Part shown: positions 1 through 9,914 of the stretch, in pieces | How the letters are laid out: each line of letters opens with the position of its first letter | How positions within the stretch are numbered: position 1 is the stretch's first letter | Assembly (NCBI GenBank): GCA_030432015.1 | Contig: JAUIHJ010000001.1 | Location: 1-61,732 of the forward strand | DNA from: a bacterium | GTDB lineage: Bacteria > Planctomycetota > Planctomycetia > Pirellulales > Pirellulaceae | Reading direction: 5' to 3' | DNA: 61,732 nt | The notes under the pieces: generated by a model | The model's input: only the letters and a program-made list of their open reading frames with translations | Databases searched by the model: none | What the model was told of the DNA's origin: nothing | Made by a program: the position numbers and the translations under genes

Positions 1-1047
1 AGTCCGGCCGAACTCACCGGCCATCACGATCATCGTCTCGTCCAGCATCCCGCTCTCGTTGAGATCGTCCAGCAACGCGGAGAGAGCCTGATCGGTCGGC
101 GGATACAGTTGGTTCTTCAGATTCGGAAACGCGTTCCCGTGCGTGTCCCAGGTTTCGTCATTCCCCAAATTCACCTGAACCAAACTCACGCCCAACTCGA
201 CCAGTCGCCGGGCCATCAGTAAACGTTGGCCGGCCGTGTTGCGACCGTAGGCATCCCGCAGCTTGGCGTCTTCCTTTTCGATGTCAAAGGCTTCTCGCGC
301 CTTCTTCGAACTGATCATGCTGTAGGCGCGATCATAGAAAGTATTCATGGCGCCGACATTGTCCGACTTGTCGCGCTGCTGGAAGTAATAGTTGACCGCT
401 TCCAACGCAGAGCGACGACGTGCGAAGCGATCCGCATCCACGCCACCTGGGAGATTCAGGTCGCGAACCTTGAATCCATTGGAGGCGGGGTCCGAGCCGA
501 GGCTGAAGGGTGCAAAGGACGAACTCAGATATCCCGTACCGGCGTATTCATTGGGTTGGTTGGGGACGCAAACGTACGGAGGCAGGTTTTCACGCGGCCC
601 GTACTGGTGGCTGATAATGCTGCCAAAACTGGGGAACGTTAAAGCGGGGCTGGGCCGATATCCGGTGAACATGTTATGCGTGCCACGTTCATGGGCCGCT
701 TCGCCGTGCGTCATCGAACGAATGATCGCGATCTTGTCGGCAATCTTCGCCAACTGCGGAATCGCCTCACTGACAACTTCGCCCGTGTTCGTCTTGATGG
801 TCCCCATCTCGCCCCGATATTCGATCGGCGAAAATGGCTTGGGATCAAACGACTCTTGGTGGGCCATCCCGCCTGGCAGGTAGATGTGGATACAGCTCTT
901 GGCTTTGGCTTCGATGAAGTCGTAATGCTTCAGGTCTGCACGGGCTTCGCGAACCGATAGCAGGTCAGCCAATGTCAGGCCCATGCCACCGACTGCGCCA
1001 ACCGTTAAGAAGCTACGACGACTAAGAGGATTTCCCTTACAGGCCAT
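1..1047 (-). CDS. DUF1501 domain protein (sulfatase/alkaline-phosphatase-like); C-terminal end runs off the window
   Basis: Absent from the ORF track because it has no in-window stop. Reverse translation from the ATG at 1047-1045 gives MACKGNPLSRRSFLTVGAVGGMGL... with a twin-arginine-like SRRSFL signal. The frame stays open to base 1, ending ...IVMAGEFGRT. The GEFGRTP motif is shared with the complete DUF1501 genes at 31368 and 38405. Confidence 0.8.
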   Translation of the reverse strand, partial: MACKGNPLSRRSFLTVGAVGGMGLTLADLLSVREARADLKHYDFIEAKAKSCIHIYLPGGMAHQESFDPKPFSPIEYRGEMGTIKTNTGEVVSEAIPQLAKIADKIAIIRSMTHGEAAHERGTHNMFTGYRPSPALTFPSFGSIISHQYGPRENLPPYVCVPNQPNEYAGTGYLSSSFAPFSLGSDPASNGFKVRDLNLPGGVDADRFARRRSALEAVNYYFQQRDKSDNVGAMNTFYDRAYSMISSKKAREAFDIEKEDAKLRDAYGRNTAGQRLLMARRLVELGVSLVQVNLGNDETWDTHGNAFPNLKNQLYPPTDQALSALLDDLNESGMLDETMIVMAGEFGRT

Positions 1048-1384
1048 TGACGTTTCTCCATCAAATAGGGGCCGGGTTAACCGCGCAACTCAAACCTTGA
1101 GTGGAAATCGAATTGCATCGGCGGTAATCGAAAATCAGGCGGGAGGTAAAGGCGGGGTTCCGCAGGCGGAACAATCAAACCAATCCAATTTCTCCGACCA
1201 TCTTCCAACAAGTCTTCGGATGGTGCAAGACATTGGATCAATCTATTTCGATTAATCGAACTAGATCATAGCCAGCTGGAAAAGTCGAGTCAATCACCAC
1301 AATCAAAATCCCGCGCCGCCCATTGCCGGCAACCATTGAAGATGGGTAGTTCGCGGTCGTTTGCCTGAAGCTGGGCAAGAAATG

Positions 1385-1417
1385 CCAAACGGCCGGAATG
1401 TCTTTCCGGCCGTTTGG
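1385..1417 (-). terminator. Perfect 14-bp stem hairpin downstream of the csrA-like gene
   Basis: ccaaacggccggaa (1385-1398) and ttccggccgtttgg (1404-1417) are exact reverse complements around a 5-nt loop. On the minus strand the hairpin is followed by CAUUUCUU. It lies about 105 nt after the csrA stop. Confidence 0.5.
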
Positions 1418-1522
1418 TTGAGCGGTCGCTCGGGTGGACTGGGCGAGTTGGGTGCTGGGCGGATTGCCAACTTCGCCGCCAGGCAGACGGGCTAGTGGCC
1501 AATTGCACGGTGGGCAGATCCG

Positions 1523-1744
1523 CTATTTGGCAATCGAAACGAGCTCGCTGGTGACGTCCGCCGCTTGGCTCGATGGTGTCACCGCATCCGAGCACGTGTC
1601 CACTTCAATCTCCAATTCGGCGGTGGGTGGAACCTGAACGTCCAATTCGTCGCGCAGCACCAGCACGTCTGCCGGCGCCTCAATCCCCAGCCGAACCTTG
1701 TCACCCGAGACCCGTTCTCGTTCCCTCCTTGATAGCACTAGCAT
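1523..1744 (-). CDS. csrA: CsrA-family carbon storage regulator homologue with an internal deletion
   Basis: Has the MLVLSRR N-terminus and the GDKVRLGIEAPADVLVLRDEL core typical of CsrA. A GGAGG Shine-Dalgarno lies upstream. About 12-13 residues between these two blocks are missing relative to canonical CsrA. Confidence 0.7.
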   Translation of the reverse strand: MLVLSRRERERVSGDKVRLGIEAPADVLVLRDELDVQVPPTAELEIEVDTCSDAVTPSSQAADVTSELVSIAK

Positions 1745-1838
1745 CGCAATACCTCCATGTATGATGAGCGTGTATGTATGTGAGTGTAAGTATGTACACT
1801 GTTCAGGTCAACACCACTTTGGGCCGAACGCCCGCTGG

Positions 1839-2135
1839 CTAGGCAGCCAAAGGCTGCAGCACAGGTGCTCCCTTCAAGTGGATCTTATGAAGTCGTTCAC
1901 CGCTGGACCCATAAAAGAGAATCGTGTTGCGATCCGTTTCCCAGATGGCGGTGAGTTTGACACTACGGGGGCCGTGCAGACAAAAGAAAATGCCGCATGG
2001 TTTGCCCCGTCGGACCAGAATTCGTTCAGTGGTTGGAAAGACGTTCGCCTCCAATTCATTGTTGTTGCAGATTGTCTCGTGGACGAAGATTCGTAACGCA
2101 TCCAGGTTATGGATAAGGACGGAGTCTCCATACAT
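1839..2135 (-). CDS. Hypothetical small protein (98 aa)
   Basis: Best-looking frame in a locally lower-GC stretch; the overlapping ORFs in other frames are Arg/Ser/Pro-rich. I recognise no motif. Co-directional with and immediately upstream of csrA. Confidence 0.45.
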   Translation of the reverse strand: MYGDSVLIHNLDALRIFVHETICNNNELEANVFPTTERILVRRGKPCGIFFCLHGPRSVKLTAIWETDRNTILFYGSSGERLHKIHLKGAPVLQPLAA

Positions 2136-2298
2136 GCCGGTGGTAGCTCCTTCGCAGCAACCGCGGTGCGCAGAAACACGGCGATTAGAGAGAGGGGGAA
2201 GTTTGGGGTGACTGACAGCAAGAGATACTATCGGCTGGATGGGTCAAATGGCTTTGCTGCGAAAGCTAAGAAGTTCGCGCAAAGTGTTATGCCGAATA

Positions 2299-3249
2299 CT
2301 ACTTGTCAGCGCCCTGACTTGCATAGTCCGCAAAAACGTCATCGACCAGCCCGACTTTCTCATTCCCCTGATGGAAGAGGACCCGATGTCGCAACGTAAA
2401 TGACTCGCCCTTCTTCAATGTGTGGGAGCCGTCGAAGTCATTTGAACCTTTGAAGTGGTGCAGCCCAAACGGATTTGCCGTGAACAGCCCATAGGTTCTG
2501 ACGTGCCAGTAGGTCGGATAGCGGAAGCTGGAAGGGTGATTCAGGATCGCCACACCCAAGATCTGGCCATCGACGGGTCCGGAGTAGTCGACCCACTTGG
2601 CGGGTTTGCCCCATGCCTCGGCATCCTTCTTACCGTCGCTGTTGACGATCGTGCCCCCTTTTTTGGAAGTCACTTTCATCGATCCGGCGACGCGGACACC
2701 AAAACTCCCTTCCTTGGTATCGCCAAATGTGACTTCTCCTTCGGTGGCGCGAACGGTGACGTCGAAATCGATCCAGCGTGTATTGCTGTTGGCACCGAAC
2801 GTCAGGTGGCGTTCATCTTCACAGACTTTCTTCCCATCGGGCCCGATCCAGTCGTTGCGGGTGATGATCTCGGCCTGTTTTCCACCTGTGACTTTGACGA
2901 ATTCGCGATGCACAATGTTGCCATGTCCGGGGGTCTCGGCCCAGAAATCTATGCCATTGACATCCCCATGGGTGAACCAGAATGAGCGGTGGTGAATATG
3001 GTCGTCACGCTCTTCGGGACCAGCGTCGCGCATGGGATAGCCGCGGGTCATTTCTTTGCCGGTGGGGCCGAGCACAGGCCACAGGACCGGCTTGGCGCCG
3101 GATTTCACCAGGTAGCGGGTAAACAGCTTGCCATCCACCGAAACGGTCACACCGTCATCGGTCTGTTGGACATCGAATTCGGCCGCCAGGCACGGACTGA
3201 CGATCAGGCTGAGCAGGACGACAAGGCACAGGGGGCGTGAATTCGACAT
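2299..3249 (-). CDS. PmoA-family / DUF6807 secreted protein
   Basis: Signal peptide MSNSRPLCLVVLLSLIVSPCLAA. Conserved KPVLWPVLGPTG...TRGYP...DHIHHRSFWFTHGDVNGIDFW block typical of this family. Confidence 0.75.
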   Translation of the reverse strand: MSNSRPLCLVVLLSLIVSPCLAAEFDVQQTDDGVTVSVDGKLFTRYLVKSGAKPVLWPVLGPTGKEMTRGYPMRDAGPEERDDHIHHRSFWFTHGDVNGIDFWAETPGHGNIVHREFVKVTGGKQAEIITRNDWIGPDGKKVCEDERHLTFGANSNTRWIDFDVTVRATEGEVTFGDTKEGSFGVRVAGSMKVTSKKGGTIVNSDGKKDAEAWGKPAKWVDYSGPVDGQILGVAILNHPSSFRYPTYWHVRTYGLFTANPFGLHHFKGSNDFDGSHTLKKGESFTLRHRVLFHQGNEKVGLVDDVFADYASQGADK

Positions 3250-3369
3250 CGTTGCGGAGACCTCGCGGGGAAAGCCAAAGTTGGTGGGACTGCCATAGGT
3301 GCGATGGCAATATCCTACCGCAGCGATCCGACGATTGCCAGCAATTCAGCGAATCATCCAACGTCCGAC

Positions 3370-4164
3370 CTATTTCCCCGCTTGGGCAGTCGGATCGGCT
3401 TTAATGCCCCAGTATTCTTGTAATGAGACCGAGCGCAGTTCGGCCATCATTTGCCCCGCGCGATCGATGCGCCTCCGATCCGTATTGGAGAGCGTCCAGT
3501 TGGAAGAATGCACGCTGTGGACGTTTGATTTCTTACGCTTGCGGACCGACGTTCGTTCGATGCGCAGCGGCAGCAGTCCTTTTTCCGCCAAGATCCGATT
3601 GAGCTCAATCCGCCCAAACGGCGGAATATTTCCGCGAGCGGCATTGAGCCGTGCGAACCAATCGGCGAACGCACTATAGCGTTCGGCGGCCGTTGGATCC
3701 TTGGGCGTCTCGCCAGAAACGCGATAGGTGAGGTCGTCGCTGGTCATCGTAAGTTGCTGCTCGGCTTCCTCGTAACTTACGCTGAAAACAGGAGTGAACA
3801 ATCCGGTGCCGGCTGCGTTCTCGCCTCGTTTATCGCGGATCGCGGCCGCGAAATCTGCGAGCCATTGGGTCGTCAGTTCGGTCTGGATTTTCCGCTGACC
3901 GTCCAGGAGCACGATTCGTCCGCGGCGCTGGTCAAATACGGTCACGATTTTGGCATCAACCTGGTCCGTGCTGCCCACGACAAAGTCGTAGGCCACGTCG
4001 CCTGCAAACACCGTCAGCGTCTCGAATGCGGGTGCCTCTTCCTTTTCGATGTAGACGCGTGTCTCCACACGAAAATCATCGCCGTGAGCGGTCGCCAGCA
4101 TCGAACCCAAGGCGAATGCCAGGACGAACAAGATGAGGGGGCGGAGTGCCATTTCAATTCCCAT
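3370..4164 (-). CDS. Hypothetical secreted protein
   Basis: 264-aa ORF with an N-terminal signal-like segment (LILFVLAFALGSMLATAHG) and protein-like composition. No motif recognised. The start could instead be the M at 4152. Confidence 0.6.
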   Translation of the reverse strand: MGIEMALRPLILFVLAFALGSMLATAHGDDFRVETRVYIEKEEAPAFETLTVFAGDVAYDFVVGSTDQVDAKIVTVFDQRRGRIVLLDGQRKIQTELTTQWLADFAAAIRDKRGENAAGTGLFTPVFSVSYEEAEQQLTMTSDDLTYRVSGETPKDPTAAERYSAFADWFARLNAARGNIPPFGRIELNRILAEKGLLPLRIERTSVRKRKKSNVHSVHSSNWTLSNTDRRRIDRAGQMMAELRSVSLQEYWGIKADPTAQAGK

Positions 4165-4507
4165 GTGAGCAGTAACGAGACATCCGTTTCCGGCCGCGAC
4201 GTTGGGCCCGTGCCGCGCGCGAGCCGGTGCCGAGGCGGACTATTTAGCCGCGTCCGGCCGCTGTGTCCAGCGCAGTTCTGGAGTTACCACCCAAAGTGAG
4301 TGGTTGGTGGTCGAGGCGCCGCACGTCCCGGCGGGCTCCGTCTGGCGTCACGCGTTTCCTGCTCGCCGGGATTCGGAGCAGCGGGAAGGCAGCCAGACCC
4401 TCCGCCTCCGAAAGCAGCCGCGCTTGGCGCGGGGTTTGCCTGTTTGCTCAGATCACGTACAGTCACCACCGGTCAGCGCAACGTCGATACGTTTCACGAT
4501 TGAATTG

Positions 4508-5500
4508 ATGAAGGACACGAAACTGGTGAGCAAAGTCAAACGCGTATTAATAACAGGCGGTGCCGGTTTCTTGGGGTCGCATTTGTCCGATCGTCTTGTG
4601 GAGGAAGGGCACGACGTCATTTGCCTCGACAATTTCTTTACGAGCCAAAAGACGAACGTGTCGCACCTGTTGGGGCGGCCGAATTTCGAGTTGATTCGCC
4701 ACGACGTCATTCAGCCCATTTGGCTCGAGGTCGATCGAATTTACAACCTCGCCTGTCCCGCTGCGCCCGGACACTACCAGTTCAACCCGATCAAGACGAT
4801 GAAGACTTCCGTCATGGGCGCCATCAACATGTTGGGGATGGCCCTCCGTTGTCGAGCTCGCATTCTGCAAGCCTCGACCAGCGAAGTGTATGGTGATCCG
4901 GAAGTGCATCCACAACCGGAGAGCTATCGAGGCAGCGTCAATCCGATCGGACCTCGCGCCTGCTATGACGAAGGCAAGCGGGCAGCCGAGACCTTGTTCA
5001 TGGACTACCACCGGATGAATCAGGCGAATATCCGGGTCGTGCGGATCTTTAACACCTACGGGCCGCGGATGCATCCATTCGATGGTCGCGTGGTATCAAA
5101 TTTTATTCGTCAGGCGCTGGCCAACGAAGATATCGCGATCTACGGCAATGGTGAGCAGACGCGGTCGTTCTGTTATTGCGACGATCTGGTCGACGGACTT
5201 TGTCGCATGATGGAAGGACCGGACGAGTTCATTGGCCCGGTCAACCTGGGCAATCCCTGCGAATTCACCATTAAGGAACTCGCCGAGTTGACGATCGAAT
5301 TGACACAATCGAAATCGAAGTTAATCTTCGAGCCCTTGCCGGCCGACGACCCGACGCGCCGGCAACCCGACATCTCGCTGGCCAAGAAACGGCTCGACTG
5401 GAAACCCAAGGTCGAGTTGCGTGAAGGGCTGGCCAAGACGATCGCCTGGTTTCGCACGATCAACCTGGACGAATACCGGCCACCGACGCCAAACTACTAA
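4508..5500 (+). CDS. uxs: UDP-glucuronate decarboxylase (UDP-xylose synthase), extended SDR
   Basis: [16 protein letters not shown] Rossmann motif, STSEVYGDP and YDEGKR (YxxxK) catalytic blocks, [11 protein letters not shown]. The track ORF begins at 4202, but the first 102 codons are Arg/Pro-rich. The in-frame ATG at 4508 ([18 protein letters not shown]) gives a normal ~330-aa enzyme. Confidence 0.9.
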   Translation: MKDTKLVSKVKRVLITGGAGFLGSHLSDRLVEEGHDVICLDNFFTSQKTNVSHLLGRPNFELIRHDVIQPIWLEVDRIYNLACPAAPGHYQFNPIKTMKTSVMGAINMLGMALRCRARILQASTSEVYGDPEVHPQPESYRGSVNPIGPRACYDEGKRAAETLFMDYHRMNQANIRVVRIFNTYGPRMHPFDGRVVSNFIRQALANEDIAIYGNGEQTRSFCYCDDLVDGLCRMMEGPDEFIGPVNLGNPCEFTIKELAELTIELTQSKSKLIFEPLPADDPTRRQPDISLAKKRLDWKPKVELREGLAKTIAWFRTINLDEYRPPTPNY

Positions 5501-5567
5501 ACCGACGTGTCACGTTCACGACGGCGTGTCACGTTCACGACGGGTGGTGCCTGCCGCGGCTACGCCG

Positions 5568-7508
5568 CTATTCGTTCTCGTAGGGCATCAGAATTTCGTC
5601 CGTCGCGAGCCCTGCAATGGAGGCGAAACCGCCTTCGGTGATGGTTTGACCGAGCGATGTTGCGGCGCGAAAGTAGCGATCCGTTGGCCGCTCGCCCAAC
5701 AACTGCCGCCGCAGATCTTGGCAGACCAGGTCGGCGGCAGCCTGCACGACTTCGTCTTTTTGCCGCGCCGCATACAGGCTCGTGCAAAGCATCACGACTA
5801 AAGCTTGCACGCGGCCGGATAACTCGGACATGCGGCATTGACGGTCGGCCAGTTTGAGCTGGTGTTTTCGCATCACGCCGCTGATTTCCAATGGTCGCCG
5901 CTGCAGTTCGTGGGCCGCGAACTCGGCGTGGCGGCGGAGCGACGTTGGCATCGGAGGCAGGCTGGGCGATGGTTTGGGGGACACATACTGACCCATCAAC
6001 CAACTCGCGTAAGGGCCGACGACCCCTTTCAGGGCCCAGGCATGGGCCGGGTTGAGCGGATTCGGTTTCTTGATTCCGGCGGCCTGAAGCGCCTTGCCGA
6101 TCGCCTCGAAATAGGTCGTCCCATGGTGTTTGACCAGGGACTTAAAAAAGGCCATGCCCAGCATTTCGCCCTCGCCTTCGTAGATACAGGGTGCGAGGTA
6201 TTCCAGCGCGTTGTCGCCGAAGATGTGTCCATGCAAGAATGACCGGCCGCCGTGTGTCTTCATCGTGAGTTCGATGGCGGCCTCCTTCTGCGACTCGCTG
6301 CCAAAGATCTTGGCGACGATACACTCCATTTCACCACGATAGCCGTCATCGATCAGCGTCGAACACCAGGCGACCAGGGCATCGCAGGCGACGGTCAACC
6401 CCGCCAGGCGTGCCAGCCGTCGCTGGACCAGTTCGCGGCGTTCGATCGCCTCGCCGTACGTCTTGCGAAATTTTCCCCAGGGCAACATGCTGGCCATCAT
6501 TAATCGCATGGTTCCTGCGGCATTGGCACACAGCGCGATCCGCCCGAGGTTCAAGCCGTGGTAGGCGATGGTTAGCCCGCTGCCGCGGACCGGTTGCAGC
6601 AGGTTGCTCGCCGGCACGGGGAAATCGTTGAAAATGATTCCCTGGTTGTGCGTGTGCTTCAACGCGTAGAGCCCGTACTTTCGCAAGCGAAACTGCTCGT
6701 TCTCAGCCGCCGGAAGTTCACACACCAAGACGGCCGGCCTGTCGTCGATCAAGCAGACCAGGCCAATCGTGCGGCCCGGGACGACGTTGGTGATAAACAG
6801 TTTTTCTCCAGTCACCAGATATTGGTCGCCCTGCAATACAGCGCGGGTGCGGAGTGCCGTCAGATCGGATCCGGCGCACGGCTCGGTGAGTGCAAACGCC
6901 GACAGATGTTGCCCGCTGGCGAGGCCCGGCAAGAACCGTTCTTTCTGTTCCGGCGTGCCGAACGTGCGCACCGGATCGACCGCGCCGATGCAGCCATGCA
7001 CCGAGGCTAACCCGGCAATGGTAGGATCCTGCATCGCCATCCGAGTCAGAAATGGCGCAAAGCTGCGAAAGGGGGTTCCGCTACCTCCGTATTGGCGATC
7101 GACCAGGAGTCCCCAATAGCCAACGCCGCCAAGTTCGTCCAGGACGGCATCGGTGATCTTCGCATTGTCGTCCAGGACGGTGCCGGCGGCGCGATGCCGT
7201 TTGACGATCTCCACGGAATCGTCCATCACGCGTTGAACATCGGCAGGGGTTTCGACCGGCTTGGCCTCGAAAAGGTCGATCGGAAAGCCGCGATCCCAGA
7301 CGGCCCGATGAGCCGGGCTGTGGACGGTTTGATATTGCGGCTGGAACAACTCTTCGACCTGGTCGTCGGCCTTGTCGATGGCACCGGTACGCCGCGCTTC
7401 TTCGTCGCTCTTGCCACCCAGCTTCAGGGCCGTTTCGGCAAAGGACGCTTCGCTGTCGGTCGACGGGTCGGGCACTTCACGCGGATCTGCATCGGGGGTG
7501 ATCGACAT
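5568..7508 (-). CDS. Acyl-CoA dehydrogenase family protein (long form)
   Basis: YGGSG..., [12 protein letters not shown] and GEKLFITN blocks typical of ACAD N-terminal and middle domains, plus a C-terminal extension. The track start is 7604. The ATG at 7508 (MSITPD) follows a GGAAAGGAA purine-rich stretch, so the start is uncertain. Confidence 0.85.
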   Translation of the reverse strand: MSITPDADPREVPDPSTDSEASFAETALKLGGKSDEEARRTGAIDKADDQVEELFQPQYQTVHSPAHRAVWDRGFPIDLFEAKPVETPADVQRVMDDSVEIVKRHRAAGTVLDDNAKITDAVLDELGGVGYWGLLVDRQYGGSGTPFRSFAPFLTRMAMQDPTIAGLASVHGCIGAVDPVRTFGTPEQKERFLPGLASGQHLSAFALTEPCAGSDLTALRTRAVLQGDQYLVTGEKLFITNVVPGRTIGLVCLIDDRPAVLVCELPAAENEQFRLRKYGLYALKHTHNQGIIFNDFPVPASNLLQPVRGSGLTIAYHGLNLGRIALCANAAGTMRLMMASMLPWGKFRKTYGEAIERRELVQRRLARLAGLTVACDALVAWCSTLIDDGYRGEMECIVAKIFGSESQKEAAIELTMKTHGGRSFLHGHIFGDNALEYLAPCIYEGEGEMLGMAFFKSLVKHHGTTYFEAIGKALQAAGIKKPNPLNPAHAWALKGVVGPYASWLMGQYVSPKPSPSLPPMPTSLRRHAEFAAHELQRRPLEISGVMRKHQLKLADRQCRMSELSGRVQALVVMLCTSLYAARQKDEVVQAAADLVCQDLRRQLLGERPTDRYFRAATSLGQTITEGGFASIAGLATDEILMPYENE

Positions 7509-7806
7509 GGCCTCGGTTCCTTTCCAACAAATCGGGTCGAAGGCGGCGCGCAAGCCGTCCTTAACATCATATCGTGACCGGCGGGCTGCCAACCGCATCG
7601 CCACTTGCCACGAGCCGTCAAGGAGGCGGTAACCCGCGAAGGCCGTGCGGCTTATAGCGATTTTGGCAACGCGGAGGATGGTCTCAACCGCCGGTAGACA
7701 ACTGGCACCGCAAGCGGTACCGGCAACGGTAAGCGCCGGTGTGTCAGGCCGTCAGCGCGAGCAAGGCCGGCGCACGATCAGATGCCGTCAGCCGATCGGT
7801 GACGGG

Positions 7807-9345
7807 TTATTTCTTCGTCCAGTCCCGGCGCTGCCGCGAACTGGGGATGCCCATCTTCTGGCGATACTTGGTGATGGTTCGCCGCGCGACTTGGAGGCCG
7901 TGTTTGGCCAACTCTTCGACGAGATGGTCGTCGCTGTACGGTTTCTTCTTGTCTTCAGCGTCGATAACTTCCTGCAACTTCAGGCGGATCGTATCCCAGG
8001 CCACCTCTTCGCCTTCCGCCGTTTGCGTCCCCCCGACAAAGAAGCGGCGGAGGGCCAAAATTCCTCGTGGCGTCTGCAGCCACTTATCGTCGACGGCGCG
8101 ACTGACGGTGGTGACATGGACCCCGACTTGATCGGCAATCTGCTGCATCTTCAGCGGCTCGATCGCCTCCGGGCCTTCCTCGAGAAACCGAACCTGGTAA
8201 TCAACGATCGCTTGCGCGACACGGGTCAACGTGTTGCGTCGCTGCTGGATCGACTCGATCAGCCATTGCGCCGCGTTGACTTTACGCTTAATGTACTCGC
8301 GTTCCTCGGGGGTCGCATCGCCGCTCTGGAGGCGACGGCGATAGTAGTCACTGATGTAGAGGTTGGGAGTCCGGTCGTCGTCGACGATGACTTTGTACTT
8401 GCCATCTTCGGTCCGCTCGACGCGAACGTCGGGGGTCGCGGTTGCGACGAACGTCTCGGCAAAGGCCGAGCCGGGCTTGGGATTCAATTTCTTGAGCTGT
8501 TCCCAGACTTCGTGAATCAGTTCGATCGAAAATCCAGTCACCTTTTGAATTGCAGGAAGTCGATTGTCACGAAGGTCTTCGAGATGCCCCATGATCAGCG
8601 TGCGCAGCTCTGCGAAGAACGGCAGGTCAGGGGTCAGTTGCAGCATCAGGCATTCGCGGAGGTCGCGGGACGCGACGCCGGGCGGATCAAATTGCTGTAC
8701 GATTTCCAAGGCATTCTCGGCCAACTCCAACTGTTCCGGACTGGCGTCCGCAGGCAGCAAGTCCGGAAGGCTGCACCGCAGGTAGCCGCCGTCCTTGGCA
8801 TCCAGGCTGGAAATGATTCGTGTGCACATGACCTCGAGAGCCGGGTCTAAATCGAGCTCGCCCAGCTGGTGCAGCAGGTAGTCGTTGAGGGTCTCGTGCC
8901 GCGATTCGATGTTGGCCATCGCATCGTGCTTGCGATTGGCATCCTCTTCCACGCGGTTCGACGAGGAGCGTGGGCGTTCGTCGAAATAATCCGGAACCTC
9001 GCGATCAAGGTCCATCAGGCGTTCGAAGTCGTCCGCATTGTCGGACTTCTCGTCAACCACCAATTCGCGTTCGGTCTCTGCGGGAGCGTCGGGGCTTTCG
9101 ATCTCCTCATCGACGTCATCGCCGGAGGGCGTTTCTTCCTGAGTTTCCAGAACCGGGTTCTCAATCAGCTCCTGCTCGATTCGTTCCTGGAGGGCCAACA
9201 ATGGAAGCTGCAGGATCTCCATCGACTGGATCATCCGCGGCGCCATCTTCTGGGTTTGGACCTGCCGGGCTTCGAGACCAAATGAAAGACGCATGATGGT
9301 TGGGACGATTCTGGGAAGTGAAGAAGAGAGGATGCTTGATGCCAT
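7807..9345 (-). CDS. rpoN: RNA polymerase sigma-54 factor
   Basis: Gln/acidic N-terminal region I (MAPRMIQSMEILQLPLLALQERIEQEL). C-terminal RpoN box ARRTITKYRQKMGIPSSRQRR. Confidence 0.95.
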   Translation of the reverse strand: MASSILSSSLPRIVPTIMRLSFGLEARQVQTQKMAPRMIQSMEILQLPLLALQERIEQELIENPVLETQEETPSGDDVDEEIESPDAPAETERELVVDEKSDNADDFERLMDLDREVPDYFDERPRSSSNRVEEDANRKHDAMANIESRHETLNDYLLHQLGELDLDPALEVMCTRIISSLDAKDGGYLRCSLPDLLPADASPEQLELAENALEIVQQFDPPGVASRDLRECLMLQLTPDLPFFAELRTLIMGHLEDLRDNRLPAIQKVTGFSIELIHEVWEQLKKLNPKPGSAFAETFVATATPDVRVERTEDGKYKVIVDDDRTPNLYISDYYRRRLQSGDATPEEREYIKRKVNAAQWLIESIQQRRNTLTRVAQAIVDYQVRFLEEGPEAIEPLKMQQIADQVGVHVTTVSRAVDDKWLQTPRGILALRRFFVGGTQTAEGEEVAWDTIRLKLQEVIDAEDKKKPYSDDHLVEELAKHGLQVARRTITKYRQKMGIPSSRQRRDWTKK

Positions 9346-9456
9346 GCCGGCATCGCGGTGGCACGGCGACGAAAACTTACCTTTTTTCTAAGCCACGATG
9401 AAACGACTTCATCATCACATCTTGGGCCGTCAGTCCGGTCGCGCGCACCATTACCA

Positions 9457-9816
9457 TCACGGACCGGGCGGTACGTCCCCTCCGCCCAGTTGTGCAATCA
9501 TGTCGTCAAGGCCGGGTAGATCCATGCCGCCGGTTAGTGATTGCATCATCTCCATGTGCAACGCCTTCGCCTTGGCGGAAGCTTGGTTGATTGCCGCCGG
9601 AAGCATGTCTTCGATCATCTCGCGATCCGTCAGCGTCGGCTCGATCCGCACCTGCAATATCTCGCCCAGACCGTTGGCTTCAACTTCCACCATACCGCCG
9701 CCGGCCGCTCCTGTGACCCGGCGCGATTTAAGCTGCGCTCCGATCTCTTCCATCTTGCCACCCATTTGCTGCGCCTGGCGAAGCATCTGGGCCATGTTTC
9801 CGAGTCCCTTAAACAT
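9457..9816 (-). CDS. ybaB: YbaB/EbfC family nucleoid-associated protein
   Basis: MFKGLGNMAQMLRQAQQMGGKMEE...GGGMVEVEANG... matches the family. Sits in the canonical position just downstream of dnaX. Confidence 0.9.
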   Translation of the reverse strand: MFKGLGNMAQMLRQAQQMGGKMEEIGAQLKSRRVTGAAGGGMVEVEANGLGEILQVRIEPTLTDREMIEDMLPAAINQASAKAKALHMEMMQSLTGGMDLPGLDDMIAQLGGGDVPPGP

Positions 9817-9914
9817 TGTCAGTCCTTTGTCGCGTCGTGATCATGGTATGCGGCCGTCTGGTCGAGCCGGCGATGGCAATCAATGGAGGTGGCAGAACGA
9901 AAAGGTTCCCATCG

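Noticed and set aside
4202-4507. A 102-codon N-terminal extension of the UDP-xylose synthase ORF, with several overlapping ORFs in the same region.
   Set aside because: The composition is Arg/Ala/Pro/Ser-rich and homologues start at the Rossmann fold. The in-frame ATG at 4508 gives the normal length.
7645-8850. A 401-aa plus-strand ORF.
   Set aside because: It lies entirely antisense to rpoN, which has an unmistakable RpoN box, and it has shadow-ORF composition.
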